Position numbers and translations under genes: made by a program. 64,000 nucleotides of DNA, from the NCBI GenBank assembly GCA_964585065.1, contig CAZPCB010000002.1, positions 68,886 through 132,885 of the forward strand, written 5' to 3'. The notes below the pieces were generated by a model. That model was not told where the DNA came from, did not search any database, and saw nothing but the letters and a program-made list of their open reading frames with translations. The stretch is from an uncultured Candidatus Saccharibacteria bacterium. Lineage in GTDB: Bacteria; Patescibacteriota; Minisyncoccia; SW-4-49-11. Of this stretch, positions 1 through 8,294 are shown piece by piece; positions within the stretch are counted from its first letter, which is position 1, and each line of letters starts with the position of its first letter.

Positions 1-287
1 AGCTTGGCATCTCCCCCACTAGCGGGAATTTGAAAGGTTTGCCCCTTATCGAGAGAATAATATTTTATACTATTACTGGTATCAATAGTAGCGTTGACAA
101 TAGCTTTGTCTGAAATTTTGGTAGCAAGACGAGTAGTATCAGCTGGCTTATTATTATCTTTAACAGTATCGGCGGCCTTCTCAGTATTGCGAGCACCAAT
201 ATACCCATAAATGAGTATACCAATAACAATAAGAGGTATAACCCCAATGGTTAGTATTAGTACTATTTTGTTCTTAAAGAATTGCAT
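1..287 (-). CDS. N-terminally membrane-anchored hypothetical protein (partial, runs off window start)
   Basis: Hand translation from ATG at 287: MQFFKNKIVLILTIGVIPLIVIGILIYGYIGARNTEK..., open to the window edge; starts 6 nt after the VirB4-like stop. Confidence 0.75.
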   Translation of the reverse strand, partial: MQFFKNKIVLILTIGVIPLIVIGILIYGYIGARNTEKAADTVKDNNKPADTTRLATKISDKAIVNATIDTSNSIKYYSLDKGQTFQIPASGGDAK

Positions 288-293
288 ATGATT

Positions 294-2123
294 TTATAAG
301 TTTAATGAGAATGGGTCTGAGTTAGCTTCGTCAGTAACTTGAGCTTTGGCGGCCTGAATCTTGAGTAATTGTTCAGGGTCCGAGGTTATAATCTGATCTT
401 CTCCATATGATGCTACCACCTTGATAGCCGCATGTTTAAGTCCTGCAAAGAATATCCCCTCTCCCACATCTGACTCTAGAAGAAGGAATTTTTCTTCTTC
501 AGTAAGATAAAAGGTATCTTTAATAATATCTATAGAGGCTGGAGATTGTTTCAAGAGAATTTGTATTGATGAGTTGGTCAGAATAGCTTTTCCATATTCT
601 GAGGCGAGGAAATCAGCAATATCCTGAGTAATAGTGGTAAGCCCAAGATAATATTTACGGGCTCTTTTGGCAAGTGAGAAAAGAAAAGAAGCTACCGCTT
701 TGTCCTTCATCATAACCCAAGCTTCATCTACAACAAGAATACGCTTTTTGAGAGTTCTTCGGATCTCTTTCCATATATATTGAGTTACCACAAACATAGC
801 TAAAGGCTGAAGAGCATCCTCCATATCTCGAGTATTGAATACTACTAATTGATTAGCAAAATTAATATTGGTAGGTTCATTTACAAAACCACTAAAGCTC
901 CCAGTAGTATATTTGGATAGTCGAATAGCGAGACTTTCTCCCCCTTCCATATTATTGAGAATATTTTCTAAGTCAGAAAGAGTAGGAATATCTTTATTTT
1001 CATAATTTGGTGACTCAAGACTAATATCTTTGCTCGCATATGTCTCATACAAAGCTCTATCTAATACAGCTTCTTCTTCAGCAAGGAATTTGTCTTTTTC
1101 ATTTTCTCCTTGAAGCATCAGTTTTAACATACTCAAAAGATCCGCAATATTGGATTTGAGTAAGTCGGCGGGATTTTCATCATCGCGAGGTATAGGAAGG
1201 TCAAAAGGATTAATATGCTGATTGGAATTCAGTGATATTTTGATAAATGTCCCTCCCACAGCTTCGGTAAGATAAGAATATTCATTTTCAGGGTCAATAA
1301 CCAGTACATCTACATTGAGCATAAGATGTCTCAAAATTTCAAGTTTAGCTAAATAGCTTTTCCCAGCTCCGGACTTTGCAAAAATAACTTCATTAGCATT
1401 TTCCATAGAAAATCTATCAAAGAGAATAAGACTATTATTATGGCGATTAATTCCATATAAAATCCCTTTATTAGAGGAAATACTAGCTGAAATAAAGGGA
1501 AATGTAGTAGATAGCGGAGATGTATTAAGATTATTGGCAATAGCTAAATCATCTTTGAGAAGAGGAATAGTAGATTGAAATCCTTGCTCGGTTTGGAAAA
1601 GACAAGGCTTGGAATATACCATTTTGGTTTGAAGCATACTGTCTATTTGGGCAATATTTTTCTCTAATTGCGGTAGGCTATCTGCATAAACGGTAATATA
1701 TAATCCAAAGCGGAAAAATCTCTCAGTACCCTGCTGTAATTGATCTCGAAGATTTTCAGCATCCTGATAAGCAGTTTCTACCATAGGGTCTCGAACTAAT
1801 CCCTTTTCTTGCGCAATACTGATTTGCGCTTGAAAGCGTGTTACTTGGGTTCTGAGATTCTTTAAGATAACCCCACTATCCATAGGATACAGGAACATAG
1901 AAATATCCAAGACATAATCAAGGGTAATAAGTGGGCTAAACCATCCGGTTACCAGGAATCGAGGATATGTCATCACAAAAATAGTTCGGGCAAATTGAGA
2001 ACCAATTTGAATATATTTAGGGTCTACCAAAATACTTGCAGGTGCCAAAAGATCCCGAAGAGTATTTTGCCCTTTGAGGAAATCTGCAATTTCTGGAGTA
2101 GTTTGTGCTTGTTTCTTTGCCAT
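294..2123 (-). CDS. VirB4/TraC-like secretion/conjugation ATPase
   Basis: Walker A AKSGAGKS, VIDPENEY, Walker B LVVDEAW, RARKYYLGLTTITQ: typical VirB4-family motifs. Confidence 0.88.
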   Translation of the reverse strand: MAKKQAQTTPEIADFLKGQNTLRDLLAPASILVDPKYIQIGSQFARTIFVMTYPRFLVTGWFSPLITLDYVLDISMFLYPMDSGVILKNLRTQVTRFQAQISIAQEKGLVRDPMVETAYQDAENLRDQLQQGTERFFRFGLYITVYADSLPQLEKNIAQIDSMLQTKMVYSKPCLFQTEQGFQSTIPLLKDDLAIANNLNTSPLSTTFPFISASISSNKGILYGINRHNNSLILFDRFSMENANEVIFAKSGAGKSYLAKLEILRHLMLNVDVLVIDPENEYSYLTEAVGGTFIKISLNSNQHINPFDLPIPRDDENPADLLKSNIADLLSMLKLMLQGENEKDKFLAEEEAVLDRALYETYASKDISLESPNYENKDIPTLSDLENILNNMEGGESLAIRLSKYTTGSFSGFVNEPTNINFANQLVVFNTRDMEDALQPLAMFVVTQYIWKEIRRTLKKRILVVDEAWVMMKDKAVASFLFSLAKRARKYYLGLTTITQDIADFLASEYGKAILTNSSIQILLKQSPASIDIIKDTFYLTEEEKFLLLESDVGEGIFFAGLKHAAIKVVASYGEDQIITSDPEQLLKIQAAKAQVTDEANSDPFSLNL

Positions 2124-2126
2124 ATA

Positions 2127-2804
2127 CTAAGTAATATCTAATTCAGCTAAATCATGAAGAGATTCAGTTGGTCTGGAATCAGGATTATAAAATGAATAAT
2201 ATAATTCAATTAATTCTTGAGTATTGAGAGGTGTCATATAAATTCCAGCCCGCTTTAGTCCATACATTACTCCATTTACTCTCTGCCAAAGCTGAGTTTT
2301 ATATTTCTCAAATTCTTGCTTATTATAGCGAACTGCAATTTTAGGGTTAAGCGCATTGCTGAGTTTATCAAAAAGACCTTCTTTTATCTCAACCGGATCA
2401 AAAGGAATAACTACATAAAAGGTTTTGTTTACAATATTAGCATCCGCCACCAATTCCTGAATAAATTGAGAATATTCTCCAATTTGAAGACGTAATAAAT
2501 CATTTTGCTGGGTTTGTTGGAACTCAGAAAGATAGTTGAGATACCCATTAATATTCAAAACCCTGGAGCTTACCTGTATTTGAAGAGGGAAGTCAAGAGA
2601 ATTAATAAAATTCTGATAAGCATAAATAATAGCATCTTGCTCATCAGAAGATTTGAGGTCAAAATTAATAGAAGACGTCATCAAAACAGCCCTCAATCCC
2701 CCATCTTTGAGAATCACCACACTGTCTTGAATAGTGTCGATAGATAAGTACTTTTGCGTACTAGTCTCCGGCTTATTTTTAATATTTGATTTTTTATTAG
2801 CCAT
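2127..2804 (-). CDS. TraC/VirB4 N-terminal-like partner protein
   Basis: STQKYL..I.D.VVILKDG.LRAVL.SSINFDLKS.DEQ pattern; lies directly upstream of the VirB4-like gene. Confidence 0.7.
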   Translation of the reverse strand: MANKKSNIKNKPETSTQKYLSIDTIQDSVVILKDGGLRAVLMTSSINFDLKSSDEQDAIIYAYQNFINSLDFPLQIQVSSRVLNINGYLNYLSEFQQTQQNDLLRLQIGEYSQFIQELVADANIVNKTFYVVIPFDPVEIKEGLFDKLSNALNPKIAVRYNKQEFEKYKTQLWQRVNGVMYGLKRAGIYMTPLNTQELIELYYSFYNPDSRPTESLHDLAELDIT

Positions 2805-2913
2805 ATAGTGAGTATATCATATGGCAATAGTTTTGCAAAGAAGAAGAAAGAGGTTTTTATTTTGAATACATAATCAAAATATGCTACTATTGACTCGCAA
2901 GGTATCAAAATCC

Positions 2914-3108
2914 ATGAATCTTCTCACCACTCTTCGAGGTAATATTGCGGCTATAGGGAGAATTTCATCTAATCTCCAAATCTCTTTAGACAAAAAACTA
3001 CCCATTCTCCCAGATTTAAGGAGAAAGCATTTATCCCATCTAAGAATAGAGGTTGCTGAGTTAAAGAGAATGGTGATTCTTTTGGAGGCAGACATAGATC
3101 GAATATAG
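2914..3108 (+). CDS. small orphan protein (64 aa)
   Basis: ATG 2914 follows TTGAAT-17-TACTAT (2862-2890); terminator hairpin at 3131-3160. Confidence 0.5.
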   Translation: MNLLTTLRGNIAAIGRISSNLQISLDKKLPILPDLRRKHLSHLRIEVAELKRMVILLEADIDRI

Positions 3109-3153
3109 AGAGTTTACATTTCATCTCAATACCCTGTCACAAGGCAGGGTTAT

Positions 3154-3954
3154 TTATTTTAATCCCTGATATAGCTCTATCCAATTTTCTATAGTGAGAT
3201 TCTCGGGGCGGAGGGAGAGGAGGTTTTGAATATTTTGGGTATACTCCCCTATTGATTTATTGAGTTTAGTCTTGAGAGAGGATGAGATTTTTTTGCGCTT
3301 TTGTTGAAAGGCTAATTTGGCAAGTTGTATAATTTCTTCTCGATTATGTTCGACATAGCGATTATGGGGGATTAGTTGTATGAAGCTAGAGTCTACCTTG
3401 GGCTGGGGGTAAAAGCATGCTTTAGATATATGAGACAAAAGTTTAACATCGGCATATATATTGACACTGAGCTGGAATAGGGATTTCTCATGAGACAGGA
3501 GATTATTGGCTACCTCTTTTTGAATAAGGAGATTAATACTCTCAGCAGGATTATTTCTATCTACGAGTAATCTGATTATGGCTCCGGTAATATGATAGGG
3601 TATATTAGCAATAACCACATATGGTGTCTTGATGGTATCTATAATATCTTGGGATTTGAGTATATCTTGATGATATACGGTGAGATTGTCTGGGTTGCCT
3701 AGTACACTAGGGAGTATAGAGGCAAAAGTTTTATCGAGCTCTACGGCGATGACAGGAACCTTTTGTTGTATCAATAATTCAGTGAGTGATCCAAGTCCTG
3801 GACCTATTTCTAATAAAGTAGAATCAGTGCTTATATTGATTTTATTAATAATTTTGATAAGTAAATCTTTTTCAATAAAAAAATTCTGGGATAAAGACTC
3901 TAAGGGTTTTATCTGATATTCTTTTAATAAGGATATAATTTGGGATTGTGTCAT
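3154..3954 (-). CDS. rsmA: 16S rRNA m6,2A dimethyltransferase RsmA/KsgA
   Basis: SQNF, LEIGPGLGSLT, VIANIPYHIT, FYPQPKVDS; ATG 3954 preferred over TTG 3975. Confidence 0.93.
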   Translation of the reverse strand: MTQSQIISLLKEYQIKPLESLSQNFFIEKDLLIKIINKINISTDSTLLEIGPGLGSLTELLIQQKVPVIAVELDKTFASILPSVLGNPDNLTVYHQDILKSQDIIDTIKTPYVVIANIPYHITGAIIRLLVDRNNPAESINLLIQKEVANNLLSHEKSLFQLSVNIYADVKLLSHISKACFYPQPKVDSSFIQLIPHNRYVEHNREEIIQLAKLAFQQKRKKISSSLKTKLNKSIGEYTQNIQNLLSLRPENLTIENWIELYQGLK

Positions 3955-4027
3955 AATGCTTGATAAGCTTGTCAAAAGGCTTTAATAGTTGTATTATAAA
4001 GGTATTAATAGTATTTATCAAGGTGAT

Positions 4028-4510
4028 ATGGTATTGGATATCTTTTTCATTATTCTGAGCATTGCTTCTCTTGCCTTAGCTACATATAGCTTATGGAGAG
4101 TTCGATTTTTACAGAATAAGATTAAGGGAGTATTCCAATCTGAGACTATAGACAATGTGGATCAATTATTGGAATCATATTCTCAAAAATTCCAAACTAT
4201 TGATAAACAGCTGGATAAAATCTTTACAGAATTGCAATCCCATAGTACAATTCTTAATTATACTGTGCATAAAGTTGCGATTAAACGATTTAATCCCTTT
4301 GCGGATATGGGTGGTGATACGAGTTTTACTGCTGCCCTCTTGAATAATGAAAACTCAGGTATATTGCTTACCTATATTGCGACTCGAGAGCAAGGAGGTC
4401 GCTCTTATGCCAAAGCTATAGAAAAAGGTCGCTCAGCTCAAACTCTCAGTGAAGAGGAAAAAACAGTACTCGCCTCAGCTATTAATACTCCACTCATCAA
4501 TAAACTTTAG
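4028..4510 (+). CDS. DUF4446-family membrane-anchored protein
   Basis: N-terminal TM; RFNPFADMGGDTSF..ALL, RSYAK.I..G.S...LSEEE motifs. Confidence 0.75.
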   Translation: MVLDIFFIILSIASLALATYSLWRVRFLQNKIKGVFQSETIDNVDQLLESYSQKFQTIDKQLDKIFTELQSHSTILNYTVHKVAIKRFNPFADMGGDTSFTAALLNNENSGILLTYIATREQGGRSYAKAIEKGRSAQTLSEEEKTVLASAINTPLINKL

Positions 4511-4515
4511 ATATT

Positions 4516-6012
4516 ATGTCAGATTCAACTATTCAGCCTCGACCTCCAATTGTCACCATTATGGGACATATTGATCATGGGAAAACTAGTCTTCTTGATT
4601 ATATTCGTAAGGCTAATGTAACTGCAGGTGAAGCGGGGGGGATTACTCAACATATTGGGTCTTATCAGGTATCTCATAAGGATGCTACTATTACCTTTAT
4701 TGATACTCCTGGCCATGAAGCTTTTAAATCTATTCGAAGTCGTGGAATTAGAACGGCTGATATTATTATTATTGTTATTGCCGGAGATGAGGGGGTAAAA
4801 CCACAAACTCTTGAGGCTATTGAGCTTGCCAAAAGTACGCAATTACCTATTATTGTAGCTATTACTAAAATTGATAAGCCAAATCTCGTACTCGACAAGA
4901 TAAAAGCTGATTTGGCAGAATTAGACTTAACTCCTGAAGAATGGGGAGGACAAACTATTGTACAAAATGTATCTTCAGTGAGTGGTGAGGGTATTCCAGA
5001 ACTTCTCGAAATGATAGCTCTTGTAGCGGAAGTGGAGGAATTAAAAGCTAATTATGACCCTGCTGCTACAGATGGATTTATTTTGGAGTCATTCCTTGAT
5101 TCTAAGGCGGGACCTTTATCTGATATTGTGGTATTAAATGGAAAATTAAAATTAGGAGATGTGGTATTGGTCGGGAATACCGTATATGGGAAAATTCGCC
5201 GTATGACTAATGATGCAGGAGCTATTATAAAGGAAGCTTTACCAGCGCAGCCTGCTCGTATATTGGGGCTAAAAGGCGTAGCGTCAGCCGGAGATGAATT
5301 CCGTGTAGTAGCCACAGAAAATGATGCTATGGCTTTGATTGAATCTGCCAAAATACCTCCAGCTAATAATCCTGTTATTCAGTCTCTACTCGAAAAAGAG
5401 AAAACTCTTAATCTTATTATTAAAGCTGATTCTATTGGGTCTCTGGATGCTATAGAATATGCTCTTGGGCAAATTGTGCAATTAGATATCAAAATTACTA
5501 TTGTAGGACGAGAAGTAGGAGATATTACTGCTAATGATATTGCTCAGGCAAAAGTACAACAAGCAGTAATATTAGGGTTTGGTATTAAACAAGATAAGAA
5601 GATAAAAGAATTAGCTGAACTCAAGGATGTAGCCATCAAATATTATCGGCTTATCTATGAATTAATTGATGAAATTCGAGATCAAATCACCCAATTAGAA
5701 GGTCCAAAAGTTACGAGAACCGATTTAGGGGAACTCAAAGTATTAAAAGTATTTAAGGAAGATAAGAAAAGTCTTATTTTGGGAGGTGTTGTACAAACTG
5801 GGCGTATGGTACGCAATGGATTGATTGAAATTGAGAATTCAGAAGGTAAAGTTATAGTACAAGGAAAATTATCTAATCTTCAACAAGATAAACAAGATGT
5901 ATCTGATGTATCAGAGGGAAATGAATGTGGAATGGTGCTCTCAGTATCATTCAAGAAAACCACTCCAATAGAGGGAGATATATTGTATGTATATGAGCAA
6001 ATTAAAAAATAA
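4516..6012 (+). CDS. infB: translation initiation factor IF-2 (short form)
   Basis: RPPIVTIMGHIDHGKTSLLD, GGITQHIG, DTPGHEAF, C-terminal GNECG. Confidence 0.96.
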   Translation: MSDSTIQPRPPIVTIMGHIDHGKTSLLDYIRKANVTAGEAGGITQHIGSYQVSHKDATITFIDTPGHEAFKSIRSRGIRTADIIIIVIAGDEGVKPQTLEAIELAKSTQLPIIVAITKIDKPNLVLDKIKADLAELDLTPEEWGGQTIVQNVSSVSGEGIPELLEMIALVAEVEELKANYDPAATDGFILESFLDSKAGPLSDIVVLNGKLKLGDVVLVGNTVYGKIRRMTNDAGAIIKEALPAQPARILGLKGVASAGDEFRVVATENDAMALIESAKIPPANNPVIQSLLEKEKTLNLIIKADSIGSLDAIEYALGQIVQLDIKITIVGREVGDITANDIAQAKVQQAVILGFGIKQDKKIKELAELKDVAIKYYRLIYELIDEIRDQITQLEGPKVTRTDLGELKVLKVFKEDKKSLILGGVVQTGRMVRNGLIEIENSEGKVIVQGKLSNLQQDKQDVSDVSEGNECGMVLSVSFKKTTPIEGDILYVYEQIKK

Positions 6013-6015
6013 GTA

Positions 6016-6360
6016 ATGGCAGACAGGCATCTTATACGTTATCAACAACTTATTCAGGAGCAATTATCCCTATTGTTACTCCGAGAATTAGATGTGGATC
6101 CTGGTATTCTCGTTACCGTATCGCGAGTAATTGTGAGTGCAGATTTGCAAGTTGCTGATATCAAGGTGACAGTTTTCCCGAATGATAAACAGGGTACCGT
6201 ATTACAAAAACTACGTAAAACGCATAAAGAATATGAATATTTCTTGGCTGATATACTTTCACGAGGTCGCTCCCCGGAACTGAGATTTGAGATAGATACC
6301 GAGGCTCTCGAGGCTTATGAACTGGATAAGCTATTGGATGAATTAGAGGAAGAGAAATAA
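6016..6360 (+). CDS. rbfA: ribosome-binding factor A
   Basis: Follows infB; VTVSRVIVSADLQVA, PELRFEID. Confidence 0.85.
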   Translation: MADRHLIRYQQLIQEQLSLLLLRELDVDPGILVTVSRVIVSADLQVADIKVTVFPNDKQGTVLQKLRKTHKEYEYFLADILSRGRSPELRFEIDTEALEAYELDKLLDELEEEK

Positions 6361-6450
6361 TTGTATTTCACCTCAACTTGTAAAAAACTTGACTTTTTTT
6401 TGATAAAAGAGGTATATTAAATAGTATATATTAACTGATATTTAATCACT

Positions 6451-6927
6451 ATGAAAAAAGCTATCAAGTGGATTTTAATTGGATTCGTTATAATAATAGT
6501 AATAGCTATAGTTTCACCAGGAAGTGAGGAATCTCCAAAGGTTACAAAAAATGAAGATAATCTAAGTTCAGAACCAGTAAACAATAAAGATGAGAAGAGT
6601 GATGATGAATCTCAAAACATTCCAGCTGAATATAAGTCAGCCTTAAACAAGGCCACTTCTTATGCAAATACTCAATCTATGTCAAAAAAGAGATTGTATG
6701 ATCAACTTACATCAGAGTATGGGGAAAAATTTAGTGTTGAGGCTGCTCAATATGCAATTGATAATGTTAAGGCTGATTGGAATGCAAATGCTCTTGCTAA
6801 AGCAAAAAACTACCAAACACAACAAAATATGTCTCCAGAAAGAATTCGAGATCAGCTTGTTTCAGATTATGGGGAACAATTCACACCAGAAGAGACAGAA
6901 TATGCAATCACAAATTTGAATAATTAA
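6451..6927 (+). CDS. Ltp-family surface protein (two Ltp repeats)
   Basis: ALNKA.SY....MSK.RLYDQLTSEYGEKF..EAAQYAI and DWNANALAKAK.Y....MS...IRDQL.S.YGEQFT.EE.EYAI. Confidence 0.85.
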   Translation: MKKAIKWILIGFVIIIVIAIVSPGSEESPKVTKNEDNLSSEPVNNKDEKSDDESQNIPAEYKSALNKATSYANTQSMSKKRLYDQLTSEYGEKFSVEAAQYAIDNVKADWNANALAKAKNYQTQQNMSPERIRDQLVSDYGEQFTPEETEYAITNLNN

Positions 6928-7057
6928 CCAGCTAAACATCTATAGTTAAATTATAATTTCTGAAAGTTACAGTATTAAAAGGGTCTGTATTAGAAGTAAG
7001 AGCAAAAAATTACTTGACTGTTACCCTATTAATTGTTGTATAGAGAGTTTTATAAAT

Positions 7058-7088
7058 AAAAGACCAGATACGCGAGGGTATCTGGTCT
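7058..7088 (-). terminator. intrinsic terminator hairpin
   Basis: agaccagatac-N6-gtatctggtct, followed by a T-run on the minus strand. Confidence 0.65.
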
Positions 7089-7127
7089 GGGGTTGGCGGA
7101 CAGCTTTGCTGGACAGGTGTGGTTGAG

Positions 7128-7721
7128 CTAAATTCCCCTCTTCACCCGATAATCATATAACACTATCCCTGTAGCGACAGAGACATTCAAGGATCTGGTG
7201 GTGCCATATTGTTCTATCTCAAGGGTTTGGCCACAAATATCTAAGATTTCTTGAGGTAGACCCTGGCCTTCATTACCTACGGCTATTAGAATATTCTGAT
7301 TCTCTGGCCACTGATAGCTATGTAATTCTACTGAATCAGGAGTTTGCTCTAATCCGAGTATAGTATCAAATTCTTGTTTAAGAGGAGCTAATTCCTCGAT
7401 AAAGCGAATATGCCTGAATTTCATAAAAAACTCAGCTCCAACACTGGTACGGCGGTCAAATTTTTTGCGGCCATAAATCAGCACCTCCTCCACCCCAAAA
7501 GTATTGGCTGATCGTATGATATTACCAATATTATTATCTCTATCAATATTCACCAGTAAGAGAGATATGGGGATTTTGTTCTCATTAATAGTCTCCAGTA
7601 TATCCTCTATTTTCGCCCAAGCAAGTTGATCGGTAATATTGCGTTTAGCATTGGCATCAAATGGTAAAGTTCCCTCCTCAATAGGTTCAAAAGTATAAGA
7701 TGAGGATTTTCGCTTAAGCAT
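7128..7721 (-). CDS. TrmH/SpoU-family RNA methyltransferase
   Basis: NIGNIIRSANTFG, VGNEGQGL, SLNVSVATGIVLY. Confidence 0.9.
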   Translation of the reverse strand: MLKRKSSSYTFEPIEEGTLPFDANAKRNITDQLAWAKIEDILETINENKIPISLLLVNIDRDNNIGNIIRSANTFGVEEVLIYGRKKFDRRTSVGAEFFMKFRHIRFIEELAPLKQEFDTILGLEQTPDSVELHSYQWPENQNILIAVGNEGQGLPQEILDICGQTLEIEQYGTTRSLNVSVATGIVLYDYRVKRGI

Positions 7722-7845
7722 AGGGAATAGATAGTATATGTAAGGCTATTATAACACATTCTAAGGTAAAAATAAATATGTTGTTTTGGATTGACAAAAT
7801 TAGAAAAATATGATATATTTTTAAAGTCGTAATTCTGGTTATTCT

Positions 7846-8073
7846 ATGTCCAACCTCAACCCTATCAATGCAGCCCTCGAGGCTTTAGAGATCATTGATA
7901 TGGTCGACATTTATGCACCACTGGGAGCAATTCCCTCCGAGGAATTGAGTTCATACGCAATAGATTTCTTGAGGGGGTTGGCTCCAGATACCCTTGACTC
8001 TCTGGAAAGGTTAAGAACAGGAGCTCTGGCTTCCCGCGAGCGTATCCTCAAGGATATGCCTCGAGAAGTCTAG
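7846..8073 (+). CDS. small orphan protein (75 aa)
   Basis: TTGACA-17-TATATT promoter (7791-7819); visibly GC-richer than flanks; terminator at 8095-8124. Confidence 0.6.
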   Translation: MSNLNPINAALEALEIIDMVDIYAPLGAIPSEELSSYAIDFLRGLAPDTLDSLERLRTGALASRERILKDMPREV

Positions 8074-8094
8074 CGCTACACTGCCAGCTCCCCC

Positions 8095-8124
8095 AAGCCC
8101 CCGTCTTCGGACGGTGGGCTTTTT
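8095..8124 (+). terminator. intrinsic terminator
   Basis: aagcccccgtc-ttcg-gacggtgggc-ttttt (UUCG loop, U-tail). Confidence 0.8.
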
Positions 8125-8180
8125 CTTTCTCCTATCATTTCCCTAAAAACTGAATATATGCTATACTAAAAGCCGTAATT

Positions 8181-8254
8181 GGCTCCATGGCCGAGAAGTT
8201 AGGCACGGGTCTGCAAAACCCTCTACAGCAGTGCGAGTCTGCTTGGAGCCTCCA
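8181..8254 (+). tRNA. tRNA-Cys(GCA)
   Basis: GGCTCCA/TGGAGCC acceptor stem, CTGCAAA anticodon loop, U73-CCA; atypical T-loop TGCGAGT. Confidence 0.9.
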
Positions 8255-8294
8255 CAATTATCCGTAAAAAGAGAAAATATAATATTGATATATA

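Noticed and set aside
6361-8130. Prophage remnant around the Ltp gene
   Set aside because: No integrase, structural genes or att duplication seen; flanks are housekeeping genes.
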